Below, piece by piece: positions 13,586 through 25,898 of a stretch of DNA of 44,345 nt (within the stretch, counting starts at the first letter, position 1; every line of letters starts with the position of its first letter). The notes beneath the pieces were generated by a model that had not been told where the DNA came from, did not search any database, and saw nothing but the letters and a program-made list of their open reading frames with translations. The position numbers were made by a program, and so were the translations under genes. This stretch comes from Jimgerdemannia flammicorona (Eukaryota). The stretch covers positions 1 through 44,345 of the forward strand of contig RBNJ01000068.1 in NCBI GenBank assembly GCA_003990765.1, given 5' to 3'.

Positions 13586-14630
13586 TCATTGTCTATTTTC
13601 TTTCTTAGTCTCATCTTCTTCCTCAGTCCTATTTTCTTTCTCAGTCTCATCTTCTTCCTTGGTCTCATTTTCTTCCTCTGTCTCTCTCTCATTGCTTTTA
13701 CTGGAGATTATAACTTCTTCTTCTATCATACTTTGACTTTTATATCTCATCTCAATAAAATACATCTTTCTTTTATTTCTGCATTTATTCTGTCTTGCCC
13801 TTTCCTCTACTCTCTGTCTTCTTGTCTCTACATTCTTCTCTCTTATTTCTGCATTCTTCTCAAATACTTTTATGTGCCATAATTCCAAATTATAGGTAAG
13901 CTGATCATGTTTTCTCTTTCTATTCTTCTCTCCTTCTATCTTTTTACCTATCAACTTCTCTAAGTTTTGCACTGCCTTAGTCAACTCATGAATAGATTCA
14001 GCAATATTCTGATCAGCCTTTTTCTTTGATATATCTTCATTTGTGATTGTTACACCTGTTGAATCTACCAGTAGATGTGGGAAGAGATTTGTAAGATATC
14101 TGAAGATATCATGTATAGTATCATACCATTCTCAGCACAATGATTCATTGCCTGATTCCTTATTATGCTTTCAAATAAGATAATAGGTCTCAAGTATATA
14201 GTATACTTTGCACTGGACACTGTCCTTATTGTGAGTAAGTCTCTCTTGCTGTATCTACTGCATATATAGCTTGTCCTTAGTTATTTGATACTTTATAAAG
14301 TTTATCCAAATATGTTCAAGAAACCTATGAAGCAGTTCTTTAGGCTATAGCTTTGTTTCAACAGATCAAAGATTAGATATATTAGAGATAATGAATGATA
14401 TTGGTCAAAGCATATTCTCTACAGATTCATCAGCATCACTACTATTTCTTTCTTCCTCATCTTTTACATCTAGATCATCTGGAGCATATATTTTTTATAA
14501 GGCTTCAACTGGATTGTATGATATAGTAGTGATGATTACAGATGTGGTGGAGGGGGTAGCTCTAGGTTTCTTAGATAATGTAACCTTTACTTTTTTCTTT
14601 CCCTTATCTCTTGATTGCTTTTGTCCTTAA
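13586..14630 (-). pseudogene. Probable Harbinger accessory (Myb/SANT-like) protein with charged C-terminus
   Basis: Acidic stretch, KWYDTIHDIF motif and a K/E/R-rich coiled-coil tail. Its position opposite the transposase fits Harbinger organisation; the domain call is inferred. Confidence 0.5.
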
Positions 14631-14994
14631 TGTAGTGTTTGAGTTGGTTTGCTTTCATTCTTATTAATGGTAATAGCATTCAATTCTGTTCCTAAGGAGG
14701 CAGTGGTGGAGATAACTGACCCATCATCTGTCCCAGACCAAGAAAGTGCTGGTATATATTCAGATTCAAATATAAACCTGGTTTTGTACTACATAGCTGA
14801 TTTCTGTATTTGTGCTGAATTTTGTATATCAGAATGTAGATATTGTACTGAATTATAGAAGTCTTATTAAGTCATATCATACTTAATTGTAGTAGTGAGC
14901 ATTATATTGTAAGTCAGAACATAAACTAGAACTCTGCAACCTAATCTGACCTATATATAATTGATGCAATCCAGCAGAATACTCAATCCAAAAA

Positions 14995-15430
14995 AAAAAG
15001 CTGACCTTGTAGCTCACCTGATCCTTTACATAAATATAAATAACTCCACTAATACTTATCAGAATTTAATAATTTTCCTATACTGGATTTGCCATGTAAA
15101 GGTAAATCCAACAAGCTAAAGTACATATAAATTGGGTGTATATTTATGGAATTATTAACATTATCTGTGGTTGGGTCAGGGATAGGTTTATTATCAGGTT
15201 CAGTATGATACAGAGAGACAGAGAATAAATCCATCTCTGACCCACCTACATATACAAATGTTAATAACTCTATAAATATACATCTGATTTAGATATACTT
15301 TAGCTTATTGAATTCACCTTTATATGGCAAATCCAGCACAATAAAAATTATTAAATTCTGATATATATTCTTGGAGTTATTCATGTTTATATGAAGCTTC
15401 AGATATGTTACAGGGTCAGATATTTTTTGC
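14995..15430. repeat. Foldback inverted repeat between the Harbinger ORFs
   Basis: CTGGATTTGCCATGTAAAGGTAAATCCAACAAGCTAAAGTA (~15085) is the reverse complement of TACTTTAGCTTATTGAATTCACCTTTATATGGCAAATCCAG (~15296-15337). Confidence 0.8.
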
Positions 15431-16114
15431 TGCTGTCAAAATCAAATCTCTGACCAGTACTATTTGTATATATAACAAATAGCTCAAATTTAGAGTCTGA
15501 TCTGACATAGCCCAATTACCAATATATTTTAACTTCAGCACAATGCTAACATTTTTCTAACTTATAATATGACACCAACAATACCAACTTCAACAATTCA
15601 GCACAACAGCCATATTTTGACTTATATTATAATACCTGCAATACCAACCTTTATAATTTATTTCAATATCCATATTCTGACTTATAGTATAACACTCATA
15701 ATACTGATCTCTATAATTCAATATAACATCCATATTCTGATATACATATATATAGTCTCTCACAATTCAGTACAATATTCATATTCTACCTTATAGTACT
15801 TCTGCAATTTAGTATGATCTCTATATTCTTTTACAGACTCTGCAATTTGGAAATCTCTGTTGTGTGAACTTCTACAATTCAGGATAATATCAATATTCTG
15901 ACCTATATGGACTTTCACAATTCAGTACAATCCTGACTTCAACAGCACATCACTATATTTAGACCTAACTTACAATATAACATCTTATTCTAACTTACTA
16001 TGACTACTGGTGTGACAATCTGATACCTCAACTTTTTAAAAAATTTCAGCCCTCATATAAGTAGCAGCAAGTCTATCAGTAATAGCTATAATAGACACCA
16101 TTATTGAAAATAAA

Positions 16115-17327
16115 ATGAGTTCTTCTGATAGTGATGTTGATGATAATGATAATAATAATAATAATAATAATGACAAAACTACTCTAGAAGAGATAATAGA
16201 TATTTATTACTTAGCAAATGAGGTATTTGCAAGTGCAGATTTATCTCAATCTTAATATAGTACTCCTTGAAGACATAGAATACCTATCTCTTTGGACTGA
16301 GTAAATAATGTGCTTTCATACTATGAAGATAGAGAATGTCTTAAAGTTCTGAGAATAAAGCAGAGTACATATGATAAGTTGGTATTAAAGTTGATGTCAT
16401 ATTCTATATTCCAATCAAACAAACAGCAAACTCCAGTATATATTCAGGTTGCAGTATTACTCAAGCAACTTGACAGACTAATGATATGTATATACTGAAT
16501 TATCAATACTTTTTGGTTGTATAGAAGGATCTATTGAAACCTTTTATACAAGAACTATAACAGTAATTATTGATAACCTGAGGGCAATATATATTCAGTG
16601 GCCATGTAGAAAACAATATCAAGAAGTTCATAAAGGATTTCAGAAAATTGCAGGCTTTCTGAGTATTATTGATGCAATTGATAATACTCATATTTTTTTT
16701 CAAAATGTACCAATAGACAATAAGATATCTTACTGGTCAAGGAAGATAAAGTATGTACTGACAGTATAGGCAACAGTTGACCATCTTGCAAATTTTACCA
16801 GCTTTGTAATTGGATAATTAGTATTATGTTATGATAAAAAGATTTTTAATGAATTATTTCTTTCTAAAAACTATACAAAATATTTTATTAATAATAACTA
16901 TCTTCTTATAGATAATGACTACAAACCTTGTACAATATATATGATATATTCTTATCCAAAGCCATTATATAGAGATCTTAAAAATGTATTCAACAAGCAT
17001 CTATCTAAAACTCATATTGTTGTTGAGCATGCTTTTGGTAGACTGAAGATATGTTTTCCACTCTTGAGAAGTCTTCATACATGAAATCCCATCAAAGCTA
17101 TAAATCTCATCTATGCAGCTATGATATTATACAACTTTATTCAAGTCTCAAATGACATCATATTACCATCTAGAGAAGAAAATAAAGGAGATAAAGAAAA
17201 TGAAGATAAAGACAAAAATGGTCAATATGAAGTACAAAGAAATATATTATTTCAAGAACTGGAGAATGATGGTGAGGGTGACCAGAAAAGGAATATAATT
17301 ATGGTAATGTTACTTACTTCACAATAG
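16115..17327 (+). pseudogene. PIF/Harbinger (HARBI1-like, DDE_Tnp_4) transposase
   Basis: IIDAIDNTHI (consensus GAIDGTHI), ATVDH, YLLIDNDY (consensus GDSGY), FNKHLSKTHIVVEHAFGRLK, AAMILYNF. Contains stops and a frameshift. Confidence 0.9.
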
Positions 17328-20300
17328 TAGAGAAGAAGATGAAAGTCACACTATTGAAATAGAATATAGACAGATGATAGGATAAAATCTGGATGATGAG
17401 CAATAAATAGACAATAGAATATAATATAAATAGCTAACAGAATGGAATATGGATGATAAAATATAGATGAACAATGGATATAATATATAGATAGACAATT
17501 GTAGAGAATGTGACAGATCTCTGCTAAACCAACTAAATCTGCCAAACTTGCCAAATAAATACCTGCCCCTGTGGAACTAATATCCACCACACCTTTCCCT
17601 GCAAAGCCAACACCCACTACTGATGAACCAACATTTATCTCTATCAAACCAATATTCATCTTCACTGAACTGATACTTGCTCCTAAAAGAAAGCCTGATA
17701 CCACCAACTCTGAAACACCTACCACAAGACTGAGTAATATTGTGAACTTATAAAAGTAATGTTGTGTAAATATAAGAGCAAGATCTGTCTGACAGAATAG
17801 AAAGATCCACCCTACCTTGACTGAGCTGAATTATGAAAGTATGTAAAGCATTTTGTACAGCTGCATGACAGAATAAGGCTTACAATCTGTGTATTTTCAT
17901 TTATCCCCTGTTCAATTTAAAGGGAATGATATTGATGATGAGAGGACATGCATGCTAGCTGAGCCTCTGAAGTAGAACATGGCCTTGACTGAGCTAAATC
18001 TTGAAAGTACATATGTCAGAACTGTTGTAAAACATTGTGTACAGCTGCATGATAGAATGAAGCTCACAATCTGTGTATTTTTGCTCATTCTCTATTTATT
18101 TTAAAGGGAAAAGCATTGACTAAGCTAAATTTTGAAGATATATCAAAACTGTATAAAGTATTATATACAGCTGTATGATAACAATTTGTGCATTTTTACT
18201 CATCTCCTATTCATTTTAAAGGAAATAATATTGGTAGTAACAGGTATGTACCCTAATTAAGTCTCTGAAGCAGAACACAACATTGACTAAAATAATTCTT
18301 AGAGATATATCAGAACTGTGTGAAGCATTGTATGCAGCTGCATGATGGAATATAGTTCACAATCTGTGAGTTTTTACTCATTCTCTATTCATTTTAAAGA
18401 AAATGATATTGGTGATAAAGGGGCATGTACTCTAGCTGAGTCTCTGAAGTAGAACATGACCTTGACCAAGCTGATTCTCAGAGGCATATCATAACTGTGT
18501 GAAATATTGTATACTGCTGTATAATGGAATAAAGCTCATGATCTATATATTTTTGCTCACTCTCTGTTTAATTTTAAAAAGAATGATATTAGTAATGAGA
18601 GGGTATGTGCCCTACTGAGTCTCTGAAGCAGAACACAACCTTGACTGAGCTAAATCTTTGAGGTATATCAGAACTGTGTGAAGCATTGTATACAGCTATA
18701 TGATGGAATGAAGCTCATGATCTGTGCATTTTCACTCATTCTCTGTTTATTTTTAAAGAGAATAGCATTGGTGACAAGGGGCATGCACTCTAGCTGAGTA
18801 TCTGAAGCAGAATATGAGCTGAATCTTAGAGATATGTCAGAACTATATTAAGCATTGTATGCAGCTGCATGATGGAATTAAGCTTACAATCTGTATATTT
18901 TCTCTCATCTTCTATGAAAATAGCATTAGTGATGAGGGGCATATGTTCTAGCCAAGTCTCTAAAGTAAATTTTAATAGGAATGATACTGGTGGTAAAGAG
19001 TACATGCCTTAGCCAAGCCTCTGAAGCAGAATATGATCTTGATTGAGCTGAATCTCCAAGGTATATCATAACTGTATAAAGAATTGTATACAGCTATATG
19101 ATGGAATGAAGCTCATGATCTGTGCATTTTCACTCATCTCCTGTTCATTTTTAAAGTGAATAGTATTGGCAACAAAGTGGCATACACCCTAACTAAGTCT
19201 CTGAAGCAGAACACGACCTTAACCAAGCTATTTCTCAGAGGCATATCAGAACTATATAAAATATTGTATACTGCTATACGATGGAATGAAGCTTATGATC
19301 TGTACATTTTTGCTTATTCTCTGTTTAATTTTAAAGAGAATAATATTGGCAGTGAGAGGGTACATGCCCTACTGAGTCTCTGAAGCAGAACATGACCTTG
19401 ACTGAGCTGAATCTTTGAGGTATATCAGAACTGTATGAAGTATTGTATACAGCTACACAATGGAATAAAGCTTATGATCTGTATATTTTCACTCATCTCC
19501 TGTTCATTTTTAAAGAGAATAGCATTGACAACAAGAGGCATGTACCCTAGCCAAGTATCTGAAGCAGAACACAAGCTGAATCTCAGAGATATGTCAGAAC
19601 TACATGAAGTATTGTATACAGCTATGTGATGGAATAAAACTCATGATCTGTGTGTTTTCTCTCATCTCCTATGGGAATAGCATTAGCAACAAGGGGCATG
19701 TACCCTAGCTAAGTCTCTAAAGTAGATTTAAATGAGAATGACACTGGTAGCAAGAGAGCACATATCTTAGCCAAACCTCTGAAGCAGAACATGACCTTGA
19801 CCAAGCTGATTCTCTGAGGTATATCAGAACTGTATAAAGCATTATGTATAGCTGCATAATGAAATGAAGCTCATAATCTGTGTATTTTTACTCATCTCCT
19901 GTTCATTTTTAAAGTGAATAGCATTAGTGATAAAGTAACATGCACTCTAATCAAGTCTCTGAAGCAGAACATAACCTTGACTGAGCTGATTCTCAGAGGT
20001 ATATTAGAACTGTGTAAAACATTGTATACTGCTGCATGATGGAATGAAGCTTATGATCTGTATATTTTTGCTCATCCCCTGTTCAATTTTAAAGAGAATA
20101 ACATTGACAGCAAGAGGGTATGTACTCTACTGAGTCTCTGAAGCAGAATACAACGTTTACTGAGCTAAATCTTTGAGATATATCAGAACTGTGTGAAGCA
20201 TTGTATACAGCTACATGATGAAATAAAGCTTATGATTTATGCATTTTCACTTATTCTCTGTTCATTTTTAAAGAGAATAGTATTGGTGATGAGAGGCATG

Positions 20301-20774
20301 TACTCTAGCTGAGTATCTGAAGCAGAATATGAGCTGAATCTCAGAGGTATATCAGAAATGTGTGAAGCATTGTGTGCAGCTGTATGATGGAATGAAGCTC
20401 ATAATCTGTGCATTTTCTCTCATCTCCTATAAGAATAGCATTAGTGACAAGGAGCATATACCCTAGCTGAGTCTCTAAAGTAGATTTTAATAGAAATGAT
20501 ACTGGTGGCAAGAGAGCACATGCCTTAGCTGAGCCTCTGAAGCAGAACACAACCTTGATTGAGCTGAATCTCCAAGATATATCACAACTGTGTGAAGCAT
20601 TGTGTGCAGCTGTGTGATGAAATGAAGCTTATAATCTGTATATTTTCACTCATCCCCTGTTTATTTTTAAAGTGAATAGCATTGGTGATGAAGTAGCATA
20701 TGCTTTAACTGAGTCTCTGAAGCAGAACATAACCTTGACCAAGCTAATTCTCAGAGGCATATCAGAACTGTGTG

Positions 20775-21377
20775 TAGTGCTCCGAACGAGTCAATCCGGA
20801 TGGGATTCGGATGGATTCGAATCCCATCCGGATCAACTCAGATGGGATTCGAATCAACCATTGTTTTGATTTCCAAATTAGACAATTAAATGTTTACATC
20901 AATAACTCGATTAATAATCATCCAAATTTGATGATCTTGGTGTCATTTTAAAGCCCTTAATAAGGCCTTTCTAATTTTACCAAGAAAATTAAAATCGGAT
21001 TACGCGTTGCTGAGATATTAAGGAAAATGTTCTATTTGACGAAATTTCCAAAATCGGTAAATCAAAGAATTTCCAAAATCGGCGATTCAGACGTTTTCCT
21101 TCATAACTCAGCAACGCATAATCGGATTTCAATGTTCGTGGTATCATTAGATAGGCCTTATTAAGGGCTTTCAAATAACACCAAGATCATCAAATTTGGA
21201 TGATTATTCATTGAGTTATTGATGTAAACATTTAATTGTCTAATTTAGAAATCAAAACAATGGTTGATTCGAATCCATCTGGATGGGATTCGAATCCCAT
21301 CCAAGTTGATCCGGATGGGATTCAATCTGAATCAATCCGAATCCAATCCGGATTAAATTGACTCGTTAGGAGCACTA
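20775..21377. mobile_element. Young hAT-type MITE (603 bp, palindromic)
   Basis: TIR TAGTGCTCCGAACGAGTCAAT / ATTGACTCGTTAGGAGCACTA. Perfect 8-bp TSD ACTGTGTG at 20767-20774 and 21378-21385. Confidence 0.95.
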
Positions 21378-21719
21378 ACTGTGTGAAACATTATATTCTG
21401 CTGCATGATGAAATGAAGCTTGTAATCTGTATATTTTCGCTCATCCCCTGCTCAATTTTAAAGGGAATGACATTGGCAGCAAGAGGGTATGTGCTCTACT
21501 GAGTCTCTGAAGCAGAATATGACCTTGACTGAGCTGAATCTTTGAGGTATATCAGAACTGTATAAAGCATTGTGTGTAGTTATATGATGGAATAAAGCTC
21601 ATGATCTGTGTTTTGCTCATCTCCTGTTTATTTTAAAGGGAATAGTATTGGCAATAAAGGGGCATATACCCTAGCCAAGTCTCTGAAGCATAATATGACC
21701 TTGGCCAAGCTGAATCTTC

Positions 21720-21998
21720 TATCCCTTTGACTGTTTTGTACCTATATTTAGAGGTAAGATTTTAAAAGTTTATAACTTTTAAAATCATAATAGCTTTTAA
21801 AAAAAATTTTACCAATAATATTTTATATAATAATTCTACCTTTGGTAAAAATTTTATAAAAAAAAAAAAAATTGTTTTTAAACAAATTGAGATATATTTT
21901 TAACAGAAAAACAATATTTCAAAAAATCATTTTTTTCAAACTTTAGTTTGTCTGCTAAATGATTTTAAAAGATGATCTTATCTATAGATAAAGGGATA
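21720..21998. mobile_element. Small AT-rich TIR element inserted at an LRR splice donor
   Basis: Ends TATCCCTTT / AAAGGGATA. LRR unit sequence continues on both sides. Confidence 0.65.
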
Positions 21999-22210
21999 TA
22001 TCAGAACTGTATAAAGTATTGTATATAGAAAGGAGCTTATGATCTGTGCATTTCACTCATCTCTTATTCATTTTAAAGATAATAACATTGGTACTGAGAG
22101 GGCACATGGCCTAGTTAAGTCTCTTTTTTTTTTTTTTTTTTTTTTTTTATAGTCACTTGGACTCTATCTTTATTACCAGTCTATGAATAAGTATACAGTA
22201 TTACTACCCA

Positions 22211-25200
22211 CTATCCAATCCCCATAGAGGAGCCCCTCCTCACCTCCTTATGAACAAAGATCACTCTCTCACTCACTACTCCAACTCTCCCCCCACTCTG
22301 ACCACAGATTTTTTCCACTAAGCGGTACCTCTGACCACCCTGTAGTCCCCAACCAAGCCACTAGCCTGTTAAGGTGTCTTCTATAAGACTATGCCACTGC
22401 AACACACAGTCCCCCAAGCCCTGTCTCTTCTTATTCTCAAAAACAAATAGCCAGTAACTGGCCAGCCCCACTCAAATGGCCAAAGCCCAGCCTAAGATAA
22501 GCTACTCCTTTCCTATCCCCCCTACCAATCAATCCCTCAAGTCCTCCCACCACCCCCATACTTCACCACCCCTACCTCTTACGCCCAAGTGATCCCCAAT
22601 GGCCTGCCAAAAGTCCCCCAGCACCTCACACTCTCCTAGCCAATGTTCCAGTATCTGTATATATCCCCCTTCCTACCCTTCATTATAGTATTCCTCACAG
22701 TCAAAGCAACCCCCTATGATAAGGTGACCCAAGCAGAAGTTGAGCATTATATGCCACCTCAGTATGTGCCATCAGACCACCCAATACTTTGGTGATATCC
22801 ACTTTCTCACTGCTGCACTTCAGGTCCAAATACCATACCAGTTCCACTCTTCTCCAATTCCAACTCCTTGCCAACTACTAGGCTACAGATCCTGGCCTGG
22901 TCTCCTTTGGTATTCTATTCCATCACCAATATCAAACTCAATTAAAGGTATGCTACTCAGTAGTATATAATCCCATCTCTACATTACCAGGTCCCAAGCC
23001 TCCTCTCCTTCATTCTCTTGCCAACAAATTCCAATGAGATGTACCCCCTCTGCAATCCCCCACCAGAATCCTTTATATCACAATTGTTCAGTATTTCAAA
23101 GTCCAACCAATGAAAGAAGATTGCCAGTTGAGCCTCTTAGTGATGCCCATCTCTCTCAGACCTTCTGTAGCAGAGAAACCCAACCACCTCCTCTCAACTC
23201 CACTGCTCTCTTTAGCCACCATACTCTCAAGCAGTGTAGTTATTTGGGAAAGTCAACTAGCCTAAGGTTGCCCCTTGCCACCATAAAGGACAAGGTCTCC
23301 CAACCAATCTGACTCCTTCTGCCAGCCCAGATCTATCTCTTTGCCAGCTTCATCAATCTCTTCACCACCCAGACCAGGAAGTCCAGATGATAAGCCAGAT
23401 ACCACAGCTTCAGCAGCCAATAGACATTTAAAATTGAGACACACCCTGTCAGAGAAAAGTGTCTTCCCCCTCAATCCTGCAGAGCCTCCTCCCAGATTCC
23501 AATTCTCTGCTCCCACCAAAGCCTGAGCAGAACTGACCCATAGACTGATAAATAGATACCCAAGTATTGCACCATCTCACCAGTGGAGACAATTGTTCCT
23601 ATGATCTCTCCTCCCACCAGGCCATTGTCTAGCACCATTGTTTCACACTTATGCTAATTAAGCTTAGCCCCAGAGTTCTTCTCATATCACTCCACTGTCT
23701 TCTTGAGTTCCTTGACATCAGTAATCGATTTCAGACTGACCACCATATCATCTGCAAAGGCCCCAACTTTCCACCCAATTCCAAAAACAGAGAGCCCCAC
23801 TATCTTCCACCTAATTCTGTCTATTAGGGGTTTCAGGGAAAGGATATACAGAATAGGGGACAGTGGGTCCCCCTGGGGCACCCCCCTACCCAGGGGGAAT
23901 GCTATCCCTCTATATCCATTACACATGAGTGCAGCCCTACTTCCTTCCAGTAGGCTGACCATTGTTGACTGGAACTGGTGTGGAACCCCAGTTCTATCCA
24001 ATACTTTTGCCAGCCAGACTTGTCGCACCTGGTCATAAGCCTTCTCCTGGTCCAAGAAGACTAGTTGCCCATCTAGTCCACATGCCCTTGCCCCTTCAAT
24101 AACTCCATATACCCAGGCTGTATCATCTCTAATGAGCTGACCACTCACAAATCCCCTCTGCTCAGCACTCATGACTTACTGGGTCACCTTCTGTAGCCTT
24201 GCAACCACCACCTTAGTCACCAACTTTCTGTCCATATCTAGCAACATTATCAGCTGCCAGTTCTTCCAATCCTCTTACCTTCCTTTGTGCTTGTAAAGCA
24301 GTGTCACCAGCCCAAGATCCTGCTCCCCCACTCATCTCTCTATCTATAGGATAAAATAACACAATACTGTCATCTCTCCCATCACCCCTGGGACTCCCAC
24401 CATTTGCTTCCAGAAGTCCCAGGGGCAGACCATCCTCCTCAGATGCCATACCTGGTGTTGTTGCAGCAAGAACCTGATGGATCTCATCCTCCTGTACAGG
24501 TATCATCAAGTTACCTAGCCCCTCTACTCATGGTGGATGCCAATCTTCCAATGTTTGGTCTATGGTGGCAGTATCTGCCCCACCCTCCTCCTTACTCCAC
24601 AATCCACTCCATCACTCCTTCAATGATCCAAGAATGTCCTGTACACTATGCACTAGTATACCATCAGAGTCAAGCACCCCTTCCCACCATTGCTGTATCC
24701 TTCTCACCTGCAGGGCTCTCATAAGAAACTTGGATAGTCTCTCCCCTTTTTCCAGATCCTGTCAACAAAGCTGTGCCACCAAGCTTTGTACCCTTGCTTC
24801 TTCCTCTTTCCACTATACCTATTATAGTTCTCCAACCTCTATCTTTGCTCTCATTAATCTCCAATCTTCTTCTCCCTCCAACATTGCCAGCCTCACTCAC
24901 TCCTCCAGGAGTCTAGCCAATCTAGTAGAAGCCCAATGCACTCTTTACCTTCTCTGCTTCCCTGCCTCCTTGCCAGCCTCACTCCAGTAGATCTTGGTCA
25001 TTGCTTTTATCCTCATCTACTAAATACCAACTGAGGCACCTTTCTGCTACCAGTTCTCCACCCTCAGCTGATTGTCCTTAGCCCACTCATCCCACTGGGC
25101 CTTATCATCTAATAAAGAGGAATTTAGGTGCCAATGTCCAGACCCATCCCTACTCCCCCCAAAGTGCCCCTGTCCCAAAAGCCCTCAGTAATTCGATCAT

Positions 25201-25868
25201 GGATACTATTCCACCTCCAGCAACTTCCAAACATCTAGACCCCAGTAACTGGTCATCAGAATCCAGTTGATTCTTATCTCCAGGCCCCCTGCCCGATGCA
25301 TGTAAACCCTCCTATCTCCCCAGTACTCCATACCAGCATCTACCAGAGCACTTAGTCTTTCTACTTCCTCCCATACTGCCAGCCCTCCACTCCTGCTCTC
25401 AGCACCCCATCCTCCATCTGTTCTATCCATCAGTATATTCCAAACCATATTGAAATCTCCTCCAAGCACATCCACCCCAGCCTCTACAAGGATCCCACTC
25501 TCCTGGAGACCCTTCACCCAATCTACATACTCTTTCTATACTGCAGGGCAGTAATAGGAGCCAACTATAACTGGCTCCCAGCCTGTACAAATCCACTCAC
25601 TGCAGACCAGTCTCTCCCCCCAGCTCCTCATACCTCTTTTCTCCCCTCTACCTTTCTGAACCAGAATTCCAACCTTGCTCTTCTAAATTACCACACCTCC
25701 TTATTCCTTTGTCCATTCCATCCTATTGGAATCATCCTCACACCTGACATCCTGCAAGAGGAAGAGATCGGCCTCCAATCCTTTCAGCCAAGTAAAAATG
25801 TTCCTATATCTAGCAGTACCCCATAACCCATTCACATTCAAAGAAAAAATGTTGATTGTACTATTCAT
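22211..25868 (-). pseudogene. LINE ORF2 (APE-RT)
   Basis: SLNVNGL, LGGDFN, QRGFVSG, FLDQEKAYD, GRGVPQGDPLSP, AFADD. Confidence 0.93.
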
Positions 25869-25898
25869 AATGAAATATGATGTATTAACAGTTGATCC

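Larger units (their letters stand above)
13424..17520. mobile_element. Decayed PIF/Harbinger DNA transposon with two divergent ORFs; termini not recognised
   Basis: HARBI1-type transposase on +, second ORF on -, and similar low-complexity repeats at ~13430-13560 and ~17350-17510. Confidence 0.75.

Noticed and set aside
13400-13882. 160-aa hydrophobic ORF
   Set aside because: It is the antisense of a purine-rich low-complexity tail.
4645-22124. CRISPR-like repeat-spacer array
   Set aside because: The spacers are not unique, the units are exon plus intron, there are no cas genes, and the context is eukaryotic.
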